A stretch of 64,000 bases of DNA from Prevotella sp. (GCA_045114185.1 JBGUJY010000074.1:6688-70687); one strand, 5' to 3'. Counted from the stretch's first letter, positions 10,647 through 21,683 are shown. The notes: generated by a model from the sequence alone, not told the origin. Translations and numbers: made by a program.

Positions 10647-13600
10647 ACGCTCACCTCCTTGATTTGATTACTATATACATACCACAGATAACCCTCCACT
10701 TGGGTGTGTCCCATCTGCTGTAGCAGTTGCATATATTCGCGCACCTGCTGATGATATTCCTCACGTTGAGCACCGAATTTGAAGTCGACAACAATGGTAC
10801 GAGTACCATCTGTCATCACCCTGTCAGGACGACGTTCCACGAGTTCTCCTTGCTCATCCGTTCGGATAATACTACATTCGTTGAACAAATTCCATTTGTC
10901 AGAGAACCAATCACTTACCTTAGGATGCATCAAGCGTTTCTCGAGCATGGTTTTAATCTTCTCAGCCGACACTTCCTCATCATACAACACACCATCGTAT
11001 TCCAATTGTCGTAGGATGTCAGGGATGTCTTTCGTGGTATGGATCTGCGAGAACAGATGGTGCAGGATGTTACCCATTTTGACATATTGTTTGCGTTGGC
11101 GTTCATCCTCCGTCAATGAGGAATCATCGACGAAGTCCTTACTTGTGTTACTCTGACGGAAGTCGACACGAGTGTCATAGCTCTTCACTTTCACATCCAG
11201 TGGTTCGGCCTTCTGTAGGAACACATTCGCTGATTGATCCTTTTCCTTATTCTTGCATGAAGGAGTGGTCAATGTACCATACTCAAAGAGAATGGGTTGG
11301 TCTTTCTCTTCAGGTTCCACGATGCTTGCGCCATCCAGTTCCAGTCTGTTCAGCACCTCTTGAATCAGCATACTCCGTGTTCCTGTAGCGTCCCTTCGAC
11401 CAATCACGAAAAGGTTTTCCTTGGCACGGGTGAAGGCCACATAGAGCAGGTTGAGGTTATCCACGCAGTTCTGTAGGTGCTCAAACACATAATCGTTTTC
11501 GTAGATAGTATCCTGTAACTTACCACTGTAGTCAACAGGCACGAGTGGTAACTGGTTATAGGGTGCTTCCGTGGGCTGACACCAAAGGGTACCACCCAGC
11601 TCCAACCGCCAATCACAGAAGGGAATGATCAGGTGTTTGAATTCCAGTCCTTTCGACTTATGAATACTAATCAACCTGATACCTGTCTTTTTGTCACTGG
11701 GGATGGTCTTCTCATGGATATTCTCATTCCACAGCGTGATAAAGCCCTCGATGTCCGTTCCGTTATCCGTGACGAAAGCATTCACCTTATCAAAGAACGT
11801 ACACAGATAAGCACCCTGATCCTCCAATTTGTCCAGTTGAAGCAACTGATAGAGTCGTTCCACCATATCCACCATAGGCAGATGGAGTAGGGCAGTGCGG
11901 GCATCATCAAGAAGGCTTCCTATGAGCGTTTGATGGATGCTGTAATAGGCTTTCTCGACGTTGGCGCGAGCCAGTTCATCACCCTCATGGATCAGCAGTT
12001 GCATAGCGCTGACGAGTGTACAGACAGCTAAGGAGGCATCCAGACGGAAAGCCTCATCACTGATGATGGTGATCTTCGGACGTGTCTGCGAGAAATAATC
12101 AGCAATTTTGGGGATATACCGGTTACTTCTGACGAGGATGGCGATATCCTGCTCCGGAATCTGTCGTTCCATCAACTCATCCACATAGCCGACTATTGTG
12201 TTCATCACCTCCTCATCATATCCTGCTTGTGGTAAGAGGGTTACTCTGACCAACCCCGTCTGACCATCCTTCTCCTTATGACATACCTGTTCCACATCAG
12301 CATAGGCTTGTTGCAGTTCGTTGGCTCCTTCCTCATTCAGTTCCGCCTCGTTGTCATGCTCCAAGGCAGCGGCTTTGACGAAGAAGGCATTGTTGAATGT
12401 GACCACACGACTTGAGGAACGATAGTTGGTATCGAGATGATAGGTTTTTAGTTGATAGGCACCCTGCGGGAACTGCTTGTCAATACCGTTCAATAAGCGC
12501 CAGTCACCATTGCGCCAACGGTAGATGCTCTGCTTCACGTCACCCACAATCATGTTCCTAATGACGTTCTGTGGCAGTCCGCTCGAATCACGACTCATCG
12601 TTTCTTCGAGCAAAAGTTTGAAATTCTGCCATTGCACCGTACTCGTATCCTGGAACTCATCAATCATGATGTGCTCTAGCTGGGCACCGATCTTCTCGAA
12701 GATAAAAGGACTGTCACTGCCATCAATCAGCTGATTCAGGAAGTGCTGTGTGTCGCTAAGCAAGAAACGGTTGGCATCTTCGTTGAGTCTCATGACCTGC
12801 TGTTCGATGTTACTGAGCAGTCGTAACTGATACAGATGCTTGAGCGTGACATCCGCCGAGAGGTAAATCTTCCATTGCTGCAGACGGATACGCTCTGCTT
12901 CAATCAGCAACGGCATCAGGGTAGTATCTGCCAAAGAAAGGATGGTGTCGCGGTCAGGACTGCTCTTGGATGTCCACTTCTCACGATCTTCCAGACATTT
13001 CTCCACCGTGGTGTTGTAACAGATCTTATCACTGAAATCATTGCCCTGCAGTTTCTTGAAATAGCTGGGAATACCTCGTGTCTTGTTGGCAAAGCTATCT
13101 GGTGTAAGACCGTGTTCTTCGATGATGTCAAAGAACTGATTACCGATATCATTCATGGTCTTCTTTGCCTGGGCACGTAAGGACTCCAGTTGCTCGACAT
13201 ACTGTTTAAAGAACCCTTTCTCTGCGACGCGGGCATTGAGTTCCTCGCTATGACTCTTATAGTATTCCTTGAAGATGGTCTTGCCGAACTTCTTTACATG
13301 ACCTATGACGTTCCACGACTTATCCTCCTCGATATTCTGCTCGATGTAGCGGATCAGCCACTTCAGGATCAGGTCGTTCTTCTGCAACTGTTCTATCAGG
13401 ATATCCACAGCCTGTTCCTCCACCTGGTCATCATTGAGTTCCACCCGAAGGTTTGCTGTGAGATCCAACTCACGAGCCAGGTTGCGTAGCACCGTCTGGA
13501 AGAAGCTGTCAATTGTTTCCACACGGAAATAACTGTAGTCGTGCAACAGCTGATGTAGGGCTATTCCCGCCTTTTGGGACGCAGTGTTCTGATCAATCTG

Positions 13601-13846
13601 CAGACTGCTCATCACTTCCTTGAGATAATCATCAGAGGAGGGAAGTTTCTTCCATATGCCGTAGAGTTGCGACAGGATGCGCTCCTTCATCTCCTCTGTG
13701 GCCTTATTGGTGAAGGTCACGGCAAGGATATGACGGTAACGTGTGGGTTGGTCTATGAGTAGCTTGATGTACTCACAGGCCAGACGGAATGTCTTACCAC
13801 TTCCTGCACTTGCTTTATATACGGTTAGTTGTTCTTGATTGTTCAT
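10643..13846 (-). CDS. AddA/RecB-like UvrD-family helicase-nuclease
   Basis: ASAGSGKT, IDEFQDTS, VGDVKQSIYRWR, SIHKSKGLEF, LYVAFTRA; C-terminal RPDR..VVDFKFG nuclease. Confidence 0.9.
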   Translation of the reverse strand: MNNQEQLTVYKASAGSGKTFRLACEYIKLLIDQPTRYRHILAVTFTNKATEEMKERILSQLYGIWKKLPSSDDYLKEVMSSLQIDQNTASQKAGIALHQLLHDYSYFRVETIDSFFQTVLRNLARELDLTANLRVELNDDQVEEQAVDILIEQLQKNDLILKWLIRYIEQNIEEDKSWNVIGHVKKFGKTIFKEYYKSHSEELNARVAEKGFFKQYVEQLESLRAQAKKTMNDIGNQFFDIIEEHGLTPDSFANKTRGIPSYFKKLQGNDFSDKICYNTTVEKCLEDREKWTSKSSPDRDTILSLADTTLMPLLIEAERIRLQQWKIYLSADVTLKHLYQLRLLSNIEQQVMRLNEDANRFLLSDTQHFLNQLIDGSDSPFIFEKIGAQLEHIMIDEFQDTSTVQWQNFKLLLEETMSRDSSGLPQNVIRNMIVGDVKQSIYRWRNGDWRLLNGIDKQFPQGAYQLKTYHLDTNYRSSSRVVTFNNAFFVKAAALEHDNEAELNEEGANELQQAYADVEQVCHKEKDGQTGLVRVTLLPQAGYDEEVMNTIVGYVDELMERQIPEQDIAILVRSNRYIPKIADYFSQTRPKITIISDEAFRLDASLAVCTLVSAMQLLIHEGDELARANVEKAYYSIHQTLIGSLLDDARTALLHLPMVDMVERLYQLLQLDKLEDQGAYLCTFFDKVNAFVTDNGTDIEGFITLWNENIHEKTIPSDKKTGIRLISIHKSKGLEFKHLIIPFCDWRLELGGTLWCQPTEAPYNQLPLVPVDYSGKLQDTIYENDYVFEHLQNCVDNLNLLYVAFTRAKENLFVIGRRDATGTRSMLIQEVLNRLELDGASIVEPEEKDQPILFEYGTLTTPSCKNKEKDQSANVFLQKAEPLDVKVKSYDTRVDFRQSNTSKDFVDDSSLTEDERQRKQYVKMGNILHHLFSQIHTTKDIPDILRQLEYDGVLYDEEVSAEKIKTMLEKRLMHPKVSDWFSDKWNLFNECSIIRTDEQGELVERRPDRVMTDGTRTIVVDFKFGAQREEYHQQVREYMQLLQQMGHTQVEGYLWYVYSNQIKEVSV

Positions 13847-13864
13847 AGGTTTGTGTTCTTGTTT

Positions 13865-15904
13865 TTACCAGTCGCGGAAGAGTTCCAAACCGACCCTGCA
13901 TCCAATGCCATCGTATTTGAAGTTCCTTGTGGCGATAAAGGCACCGATGGAGAACAAACGGTTGGTGAAGCCATATCCCCATTCCGTGTATGGATGGAGC
14001 TTATCGACGAGCAGTCCGCTGACATATACGCGTTCCATCTCAATCACCTTACCCACGATGGGCAGTCGTGACATCATCATCAGCGGTGACTCATACGTCA
14101 TGTTAGCCCTTACATAATAGCGTGATGAGTTGTACATCTCGCGGTTCAGCAACAGGAACTCACCCGTCCAGTCGTCATTCCAACCACCCGGCATATAGTC
14201 TTCGCGGAAATTCTCGAAATCCATGAAGTAAGCCTCATGTCCTTTCTGGAAGAAATAACCCGAACCAGCGCGTAATGACAAGGAGCGCAGACGGAAGAAC
14301 TTCCTGAGCCAGATGGCGTCAAACTCCATGCGTCCATATTCCATGTTGGCTTTGCCGATTCCCTTGATACCCTGTTCATAGTTGATGGTGAAAATAGGAC
14401 CTTTCCATCCCCATGGACGTATCTGTGTCTGAATCATAGGCGCCATGGAATGATAAGCCACAGGCATGTTGATGGAACGGAAGAATTGTTTGTCAACGGC
14501 GGTACGACGATGGTACGTATAGCCCACCATGATGCTCCACAGTTCAGATATATCGTAGTTGGTGCGCATCTTTACGTACGAGTCCCTGAAATCATCCAGA
14601 CGGTTCTGATTCAATTCCCAGTCAGTCAGATTAGGGAATTCCTCCATCAACTGTTCCCTGATGCTCGTACTGGAAATCTTGTTACCATTACCCACCTCAT
14701 ACTGTATGTAACCGTTATTGGCCTTGTCGAAGGTATATCGAATAGGTACGTTGAAATAGAACTCATGGAACTTGAAACGGTAGCCAAGACGGGCATTGAG
14801 ACTCAATTGCTGGTTATCCGTAAACGAATAGCTGGCATTGAGCTTCATCTTGTAGTAGATACCCTTGCGTTCGCTATAGCCTAAATAAAGTGGATTGAGA
14901 ATAGGGGAGATGCGGTAGTAGCCTTGATCGTTGGTTCCGAAATTTCCTTTGATGCGGTTGACCAAGTTATCTCCTACGGCATCCCACAGGATGGTCTTGG
15001 CCATATTCTTTTTCTTTACTTTCGTCGTTGGAACGGTTAGCGCTGCCAGCGAGTCATAGTGTTGGTAAATCGACTGCATGAAAGAGGGTAGGGGTTCCGG
15101 TCGTATACTGTCCATCAGGGCCATGCTATGACTGTTGACGATACTGTCGGGCAGTTCTACCAATTGGTTTCCTTCTGTGTGGAACGTACCTGTAATCTTG
15201 TTGCCCAGATACTTGAACACACAATTGATGTCACAACGTTTGGGAATCAACGACAGTTCCCCTGAATCGCCCATCTCAGCCTGCAATTGGAAGCGTATCA
15301 TGTCGTATTCGCCAGAAAGCTCCACGGAGATGATACGTCCCGTGTTGTAGTCGGCTACAGCCTTACCACTCACTAGCTGGGTGTTGTATTTCCTTGGACG
15401 GAACACAATTTCCACACGCTGATCCGTGAGCGGGGTCACGCCATAGCGGTAGAACGAACGATTTCTGTAATGAAAAGGGGAGAGGAGATGGTCGCCAATC
15501 AGCGTCACATCATAGAGTTTAGGGGTGAGATAAAGCCTTACGGTAGGCATGGCAATCTTATATCTAGGTACCGTTCCCACAGCTACCTGTAAGGCCGCAT
15601 CATATTCCTGTACATCCAGGAACTTCACCTTCGAATAGGTCTCACCCACAAACTCCTTGTTGTTTTTCCTTGCCAGCACATACATGGAAGGAACGGTCAG
15701 CAACAGTTTGTTCTTCTTATCCGTACGCAGATGATATCTCATATAGACATTCATCGTTGTTCCCTCGATATCTGTCTGCGTGACTGATCTGTAGTTGAAC
15801 ACACGGTTCAGCGCGATGGTATCATTATGATCCTTCGCATGCACACTTAACGATAAAGTGGCTAAAAGAATGGTGATCAGTCGTGAGAGGAAAGAAGGAG
15901 ACAC
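13865..15904 (-). CDS. Outer-membrane protein, DUF5686-like
   Basis: Signal peptide; beta-strand-rich C-terminus ending HPYTEWGYGFTNRLFSIG...LELFRDW. Confidence 0.6.
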   Translation of the reverse strand: MSPSFLSRLITILLATLSLSVHAKDHNDTIALNRVFNYRSVTQTDIEGTTMNVYMRYHLRTDKKNKLLLTVPSMYVLARKNNKEFVGETYSKVKFLDVQEYDAALQVAVGTVPRYKIAMPTVRLYLTPKLYDVTLIGDHLLSPFHYRNRSFYRYGVTPLTDQRVEIVFRPRKYNTQLVSGKAVADYNTGRIISVELSGEYDMIRFQLQAEMGDSGELSLIPKRCDINCVFKYLGNKITGTFHTEGNQLVELPDSIVNSHSMALMDSIRPEPLPSFMQSIYQHYDSLAALTVPTTKVKKKNMAKTILWDAVGDNLVNRIKGNFGTNDQGYYRISPILNPLYLGYSERKGIYYKMKLNASYSFTDNQQLSLNARLGYRFKFHEFYFNVPIRYTFDKANNGYIQYEVGNGNKISSTSIREQLMEEFPNLTDWELNQNRLDDFRDSYVKMRTNYDISELWSIMVGYTYHRRTAVDKQFFRSINMPVAYHSMAPMIQTQIRPWGWKGPIFTINYEQGIKGIGKANMEYGRMEFDAIWLRKFFRLRSLSLRAGSGYFFQKGHEAYFMDFENFREDYMPGGWNDDWTGEFLLLNREMYNSSRYYVRANMTYESPLMMMSRLPIVGKVIEMERVYVSGLLVDKLHPYTEWGYGFTNRLFSIGAFIATRNFKYDGIGCRVGLELFRDW

Positions 15905-15909
15905 GTTGT

Positions 15910-16782
15910 TTATCCCAAGTATTTCATGAGTATCTTGGCATTTCCGCTTTCGCGTAATTTGGCGATACTCTTTTCACGGATCTGACGAACGCGTTCTCTT
16001 GTAAGACCTAATTCGTCACCGATTTCCTCGAGTCCTTTCTCATGACAATCAATGCCAAAGCACTCGCGGATAATGATGATTTCACGCTCTTTCAATACCT
16101 TCGACAGGACGGCTTTCAGTTCCTGTGCCATCGATTCATGATCCACCTGACGGTCGGTACGACTATCATCACCGCTGGGCATAACGTCCAGCATACAGTT
16201 GTCCTCACCATCCTGGAAAGGTGCGTCAATACTTACATGATGGCCGTCAGCAGCCAGACTCTGACCAATCTTGTCCTCATCCAGCTGTGTAGCCTCTGCC
16301 AGCTCACTTACGGAAGGGTGGCGCTGGTTTTCCTGCTCGAAACGGTTAATCTCGTGGTTGATCTTGTTCAAACTACCTACCTGGTTGAGCGGCAGACGAA
16401 CGATACGACTCTGCTCAGCAATAGCCTGGAGGATGCTCTGACGGATCCACCATACGGCGTAGGAGATGAATTTAAAACCACGTGTTTCATCAAATTTCTG
16501 TGCGGCCTTGATCAAGCCGATGTTACCCTCATCAATCAAGTCAGTCAATGTCAACCCCTGGTGCTGATACTGCTTGGCAACGGACACAACGAAACGCAGG
16601 TTGGCTGTAACCAACTTATCCTTTGCTGCTTCGCCTTCTGGTCCGCCTTTACGTATCTTCTGTGCAAGCTCAATTTCCTCATCAATAGAGATCAATGGTG
16701 CACGTCCAATTTCAACAAGATACTTGTCAAGAGCCTCACTTGAGCGGTTGGTGATGCTTTTCTGAATCTTAAGTTGTCTCAT
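15910..16782 (-). CDS. RpoD/SigA-family sigma-70 factor, second paralogue
   Basis: [38 protein letters not shown]; lacks region 1.1, as is typical of Bacteroidetes. Confidence 0.93.
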   Translation of the reverse strand: MRQLKIQKSITNRSSEALDKYLVEIGRAPLISIDEEIELAQKIRKGGPEGEAAKDKLVTANLRFVVSVAKQYQHQGLTLTDLIDEGNIGLIKAAQKFDETRGFKFISYAVWWIRQSILQAIAEQSRIVRLPLNQVGSLNKINHEINRFEQENQRHPSVSELAEATQLDEDKIGQSLAADGHHVSIDAPFQDGEDNCMLDVMPSGDDSRTDRQVDHESMAQELKAVLSKVLKEREIIIIRECFGIDCHEKGLEEIGDELGLTRERVRQIREKSIAKLRESGNAKILMKYLG

Positions 16783-16854
16783 CTTTTATACCTCAAAAAT
16801 ACCTTAAAATATTGATACTCAGTCAAATAACGCAATAATTATCGCAAATCGTTG

Positions 16855-16862
16855 CAAAATTA
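16855..16862 (-). promoter_or_regulatory. -7 promoter element for the sigma paralogue
   Basis: TAATTTTG on the minus strand. Confidence 0.55.
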
Positions 16863-17073
16863 CAAAAAAAACCAATAAGTTGTACGCGCGTAAAGGTTAA
16901 ATTGCATTAAATAATGATATATATCAATTTAACTATTAATCAACATTATGATAAATAAGTAATATGGATATCAGAATAGATTGCTTCCCTTTCACAAAAA
17001 GAGCGATTGAATAAAAAAGCGTGATAAAGGCAGAAAAAAGTGTAAAAGTCATTCATGTTCGCTAGAAAATGCG

Positions 17074-17081
17074 TATATTTG
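17074..17081 (+). promoter_or_regulatory. -7 promoter element for uvrA
   Basis: TATATTTG about 25 nt upstream of the ATG. Confidence 0.6.
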
Positions 17082-17105
17082 CAAATTCAATCATAGGATA
17101 CGCAG

Positions 17106-19934
17106 ATGAGCAATTACATAGAGATCAAGAATGCACGGGTAAACAATCTGAAAGGAATTTCGTTACAGATACCCAGAAATCAGCTGATCGTCGTTACAGG
17201 CGTTTCAGGAAGCGGAAAATCATCGTTGGCTTTCGATACGCTGTACGCTGAAGGTCAACGCCGTTACGTTGAATCCCTGAGTGCCTATGCCCGTCAGTTC
17301 CTCGGTCGTATGTCAAAACCTGCGTGTGATTACATCAAAGGATTACCGCCTGCCATTGCCATTGAGCAAAAAGTGATTGCGCGAAATCCACGCAGTACTG
17401 TGGGAACAACTACAGAGATATACGATTATCTCCGTCTGCTATTTGCCCGAATTGGACGCACCTACTCTCCTATTTCCGGCGTGGAAGTCAAAAAACACAC
17501 CACGGAAGACATTGTGAACTGCATGAAACAGTACGGAAAAGGTACTAAATTCGTGGTAATGGCCCCTGTTCATCCGCATGAAAACCGCACGTTAAAGCGT
17601 CAGCTTGACATGTATCTGCAGCAAGGTTATGCCCGTATGTTCTACCATGGAGATTTTCATCGTATTGATGAATTTGCAACGGATGAGAATGTGGTAAATG
17701 AGGTGGAAAAAGTGATGCTTGAGAGTCAGGAACCTGTGATGTGGCTCTTGATCGACCGCCTGTCAGCTGATACGGAAAAAGATGTGATCTCACGACTCAT
17801 CGACTCTGCGGAAACCGCTTTGTATGAAGGAGATGGCGCGTGTCGATTGATGTTCCTTCCTAGTAATATCAGCTACGATTTCTCTACGCGTTACGAGGCT
17901 GACGGCATCACTTTCGAGGAGCCCAACGAGAACATGTTCTCCTTTAATTCCCCCCTGGGTGCCTGTCCTACCTGTGAGGGTTTCGGTAGCATTATCGGCA
18001 TTGATGAACGACTGGTTATTCCGAACTCTTCACTGAGCGTATATGACGGTTGTGTGCAGTGCTGGCACGGAGATAAGATGAAAATGTGGCAGGATGAGTT
18101 CTGTAGACGTGCCGTGAAGTGCGATTTTCCCATCTTTGAGCCTTATTATCGTCTGACACGTGCCCAGAAAGACATGCTCTGGCATGGTCTTCCCACAGAG
18201 CCTAAGGATATGCACGACCGTGTGTGTATCGATGCTTTCTTCGAGATGTTAAGAGAGAATCAGTACAAGATTCAGTACCGTGTGATGCTGAGTCGTTATC
18301 GTGGTAAAACGGTGTGTCCTGAGTGCCATGGTACCCGCTTGAAGAAGGAAACCGAATATGTAAAGATCAATGGAATGAGTCTCACAAATCTTGTTGAGAT
18401 GCCCATTGGAAAACTCAAGGAATGGTTCGATAACCTGCAGTTGGATGAGCATGATGCCATGACGGGAAAGCGTTTGCTTTTAGAAATTAATAATAGATTA
18501 CAATTCCTTGTAAATGTAGGACTTAGCTATTTAACGCTCAACCGTGCCTCTAATAGTCTTTCAGGCGGTGAAAGTCAGCGTATCAATCTCACGACCTCAC
18601 TCGGCTCGAGTCTGGTTGGCTCCTTATATATCCTTGATGAACCCAGTATCGGTTTACACTCAAGAGATACCGGTAAACTGATCCAGGTACTGAAAGATTT
18701 GCAGTCATTGGGTAACACCGTAATCGTTGTGGAACATGATGAAGACATCATCCGTTCTGCAGATGAGCTCATTGATATCGGCCCTGATGCAGGACAGCTT
18801 GGTGGCGAGGTGGTTTACCAAGGACCCCCTACCCCTTCAACCAAGGCTTCCTCCAAGCAGTCATACACCATGCAGTACCTCACGCGCCAGCTAACCATTC
18901 CTGTACCGCTGTCTCGTCGTCCGTGGAACTTAGCTATCGACCTGAAAGGTTGCAGAATGAATAATCTGCGTGGCATTGACGTGAAGTTCCCATTGAACGT
19001 GTTGACCACCGTTACAGGCGTATCAGGTAGCGGTAAGTCATCCTTGGTCAAGGGCATCCTCTACCCTGCCCTCAAAAGGCATCTTAATGAGGTGGCCGAC
19101 CATCCAGGAGAATATGTCTCATTGGAAGGTGACTGGAAGTGTGTGAAGCATGTGGAGATGGTAGATCAGAATCCCATTGGCAAGAGCTCGCGTAGTAATC
19201 CCGCCACCTATGTCAAGGCCTATGATGCTATCCGTCAGCTTTATGCCGAGCAACCATTGTCCAAGCAGATGGGCTTCACACCCCAGTATTTCTCGTTCAA
19301 TGCCGATGGGGGACGTTGCGAGGAGTGTAAGGGAACGGGTGTGATTACCGTGGAGATGCAGTTTATGGCCGATCTCGAGCTGGAATGCGAGGCCTGTCAT
19401 GGCAAGCGTTTCAAGAAAGACATCCTGGATGTGCTGTTTGCAGGGAAGAATATCTATGATATTTTATGTATGACAGTTGCCGAAGCCATTACGTTCTTCG
19501 GTGAAAACGGTCAGAAGACCATTGTTGACCGTCTGAAGCCGTTGTATGATGTAGGACTGGGTTATATCAAGCTCGGACAGAGTTCTTCTACTTTGTCAGG
19601 TGGTGAGAACCAGCGTGTGAAACTCGCCTATTTCATGGGACAGGAGAAGTCGGAACCTACCCTATTCATCTTCGACGAGCCCACCACAGGATTGCATTTC
19701 CATGATATCCAACGATTACTTCGTGCCTTTGACGCCCTCATCGAACGCGGTCATTCCATCCTCGTTATCGAGCATAACATGGATGTCATCAAATGTGCAG
19801 ATTACGTCATTGATTTGGGTCCTGAAGGAGGCGACCGCGGAGGTAACCTGGTATTCGCGGGAACACCAGAACAGTTATGTGCCTGTAATGAAAGCATCAC
19901 AGGCAAATATCTTTCCAATAAACTATCTGATTAG
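17106..19934 (+). CDS. uvrA: Excinuclease ABC subunit A
   Basis: Two ABC cassettes (GVSGSGKSS, LSGGE, DEP) and zinc fingers. Confidence 0.97.
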   Translation: MSNYIEIKNARVNNLKGISLQIPRNQLIVVTGVSGSGKSSLAFDTLYAEGQRRYVESLSAYARQFLGRMSKPACDYIKGLPPAIAIEQKVIARNPRSTVGTTTEIYDYLRLLFARIGRTYSPISGVEVKKHTTEDIVNCMKQYGKGTKFVVMAPVHPHENRTLKRQLDMYLQQGYARMFYHGDFHRIDEFATDENVVNEVEKVMLESQEPVMWLLIDRLSADTEKDVISRLIDSAETALYEGDGACRLMFLPSNISYDFSTRYEADGITFEEPNENMFSFNSPLGACPTCEGFGSIIGIDERLVIPNSSLSVYDGCVQCWHGDKMKMWQDEFCRRAVKCDFPIFEPYYRLTRAQKDMLWHGLPTEPKDMHDRVCIDAFFEMLRENQYKIQYRVMLSRYRGKTVCPECHGTRLKKETEYVKINGMSLTNLVEMPIGKLKEWFDNLQLDEHDAMTGKRLLLEINNRLQFLVNVGLSYLTLNRASNSLSGGESQRINLTTSLGSSLVGSLYILDEPSIGLHSRDTGKLIQVLKDLQSLGNTVIVVEHDEDIIRSADELIDIGPDAGQLGGEVVYQGPPTPSTKASSKQSYTMQYLTRQLTIPVPLSRRPWNLAIDLKGCRMNNLRGIDVKFPLNVLTTVTGVSGSGKSSLVKGILYPALKRHLNEVADHPGEYVSLEGDWKCVKHVEMVDQNPIGKSSRSNPATYVKAYDAIRQLYAEQPLSKQMGFTPQYFSFNADGGRCEECKGTGVITVEMQFMADLELECEACHGKRFKKDILDVLFAGKNIYDILCMTVAEAITFFGENGQKTIVDRLKPLYDVGLGYIKLGQSSSTLSGGENQRVKLAYFMGQEKSEPTLFIFDEPTTGLHFHDIQRLLRAFDALIERGHSILVIEHNMDVIKCADYVIDLGPEGGDRGGNLVFAGTPEQLCACNESITGKYLSNKLSD

Positions 19935-21424
19935 AACGGTGTAGGTGATGGAGGCGGTGCAAAGGGCACATCATCGTCGTTCAGTTTACTGCCAATAATC
20001 TCTCCTCCACCTGATCCTGATGGCGGCACAATAGCGTCTTCAGGGTTCTGGAAACGTGTGAATTCACCACGGAAGTTCAGCAGTACATCACCTGTTGCAC
20101 CCTTTCTGTGCTTGGCAATGATGATCTGTGCCATACCGCGAAGATCGTTTCCTTTCTCATCCTGCAGGATATGGTAGTACTCAGGACGATGCACGAAGAG
20201 CACCATGTCGGCATCCTGCTCGATAGCACCCGATTCACGCAAGTCGCTCAACTGTGGACGCTTACCACCGCCGTTGTCACCATTATCACGATTCTCCACA
20301 CTACGGTTCAACTGTGAGAGCGCCAAGATGGGGATATTCAACTCCTTGGCAAGACCTTTCAACGAACGACTGATCGTGCTCACCTCTTCCTGTCGGCTAC
20401 CGAACTTCGCGCCGTTGGCATTCATCAGCTGGAGGTAGTCAATCATGATTACCTTCACGCCTTTTTCACGCACCATTCTTCTGGCCTTCGAACGTAACTC
20501 GAAGATGCTCATACCTGGTGTGTCATCGACATAAATAGGCGCTCCTTGCAGCTTACGAATATTGCGGTCGAGACGCTTCCATTCTTCATCGTCCAGCTGA
20601 CCGTTCAAGATCTTCTTTCCGGAGATCTCGCAGACGTTTGACATCAGACGGTTCACCAACTGCACGTTGTTCATTTCCAACGAGAAGAAACCTATGGGAT
20701 AGTTGTAATCAACGGCGATATTCTTGGCCAATGACAAGGCGAAAGAGGTTTTACCCATGGCCGGACGACCAGCGATGATGACCAAGTCGGAGGCCTGCCA
20801 TCCTGCCGTGATATCATCCAAGCGAGTGAAACCTGTGGGAATACCAGTAAGTCCTGAGGTGTTTGCAGCGGCCTTCTGAAGAATATCCACGGCTTGCGTC
20901 AGCACAGGATCAATCTGTGTGTACTCCTGGCGCATGTTCTTCTGAGAGAGCTCGAACAGCGATGATTCAGCCTCTTGCATCAAATCATCCACATCAACGG
21001 TCTCATCGAATGCCTTTGTCTCAATCACACTGGCAAAGCTAATCAGCTGACGAGCTAGGTGCTTCTGGGCCAACACACGGGCATGATACTCGATATGGGC
21101 TGAGGAAGCTACTTGTGATGAAAGTTCCACAACATATGTAGGACCGCCCACTTCTTCCAACGTACCATTGCGCTTTAGCTCTTCTATCACGGTCATGAAA
21201 TCCACAGGTCGTTCATCCATATTCAAGTTCTGGATGGCTCTGTAGATCTTCTGATGACGGGGTTCATAGAACGATTCCTCGCGGATGATTTCGCTAACAA
21301 TAGAGAAGGCATCCTTGTCGATCATCAATGCACCTACTACCGCTCTTTCCAAGTCGAGCGCCTGAGGTTGAAGATGACCGTATGAGGTATCTAAAGAAGT
21401 GCGTGTGGATCGTCTTTCTGGCAT
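19931..21424 (-). CDS. dnaB: Replicative DNA helicase; true start MPERR at 21424
   Basis: AGRPAMGKT, FFSLEM, IDYLQL, SDLRESGAIEQDAD; the ORF-track extension to 21517 lies inside tRNA-Gly. Confidence 0.96.
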   Translation of the reverse strand: MPERRSTRTSLDTSYGHLQPQALDLERAVVGALMIDKDAFSIVSEIIREESFYEPRHQKIYRAIQNLNMDERPVDFMTVIEELKRNGTLEEVGGPTYVVELSSQVASSAHIEYHARVLAQKHLARQLISFASVIETKAFDETVDVDDLMQEAESSLFELSQKNMRQEYTQIDPVLTQAVDILQKAAANTSGLTGIPTGFTRLDDITAGWQASDLVIIAGRPAMGKTSFALSLAKNIAVDYNYPIGFFSLEMNNVQLVNRLMSNVCEISGKKILNGQLDDEEWKRLDRNIRKLQGAPIYVDDTPGMSIFELRSKARRMVREKGVKVIMIDYLQLMNANGAKFGSRQEEVSTISRSLKGLAKELNIPILALSQLNRSVENRDNGDNGGGKRPQLSDLRESGAIEQDADMVLFVHRPEYYHILQDEKGNDLRGMAQIIIAKHRKGATGDVLLNFRGEFTRFQNPEDAIVPPSGSGGGEIIGSKLNDDDVPFAPPPSPTPF

Positions 21425-21459
21425 AATGGATAATATCTTGTTGATGGTTAGGTGCAAGG

Positions 21460-21532
21460 AGCGGTAAACGGGACTCGAACCCGCGACCCTCGGCTTGGGA
21501 AGCCAATGCTCTACCAACTGAGCTATTACCGC
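21460..21532 (-). tRNA. tRNA-Gly(CCC)
   Basis: GCGGTAATAGCTCAGTTGGTAGAGCATTGGCTTCCCAAGCCGAGGGTCGCGGGTTCGAGTCCCGTTTACCGCT forms a cloverleaf with anticodon CCC. Confidence 0.95.
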
Positions 21533-21585
21533 AACGAAACTAAAATGGTGTTTGAAAGGGTGCTTAACAGCGAGATTCGAAAAAG

Positions 21586-21658
<73 letters not shown>

Positions 21659-21675
21659 ATTTTCAAATGCGGATG

Positions 21676-21683
21676 CAAAGGTA
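21676..21683 (-). promoter_or_regulatory. -7 promoter element for the tRNA-Thr/tRNA-Gly(/dnaB) transcript
   Basis: TACCTTTG on the minus strand just upstream of tRNA-Thr. Confidence 0.65.
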
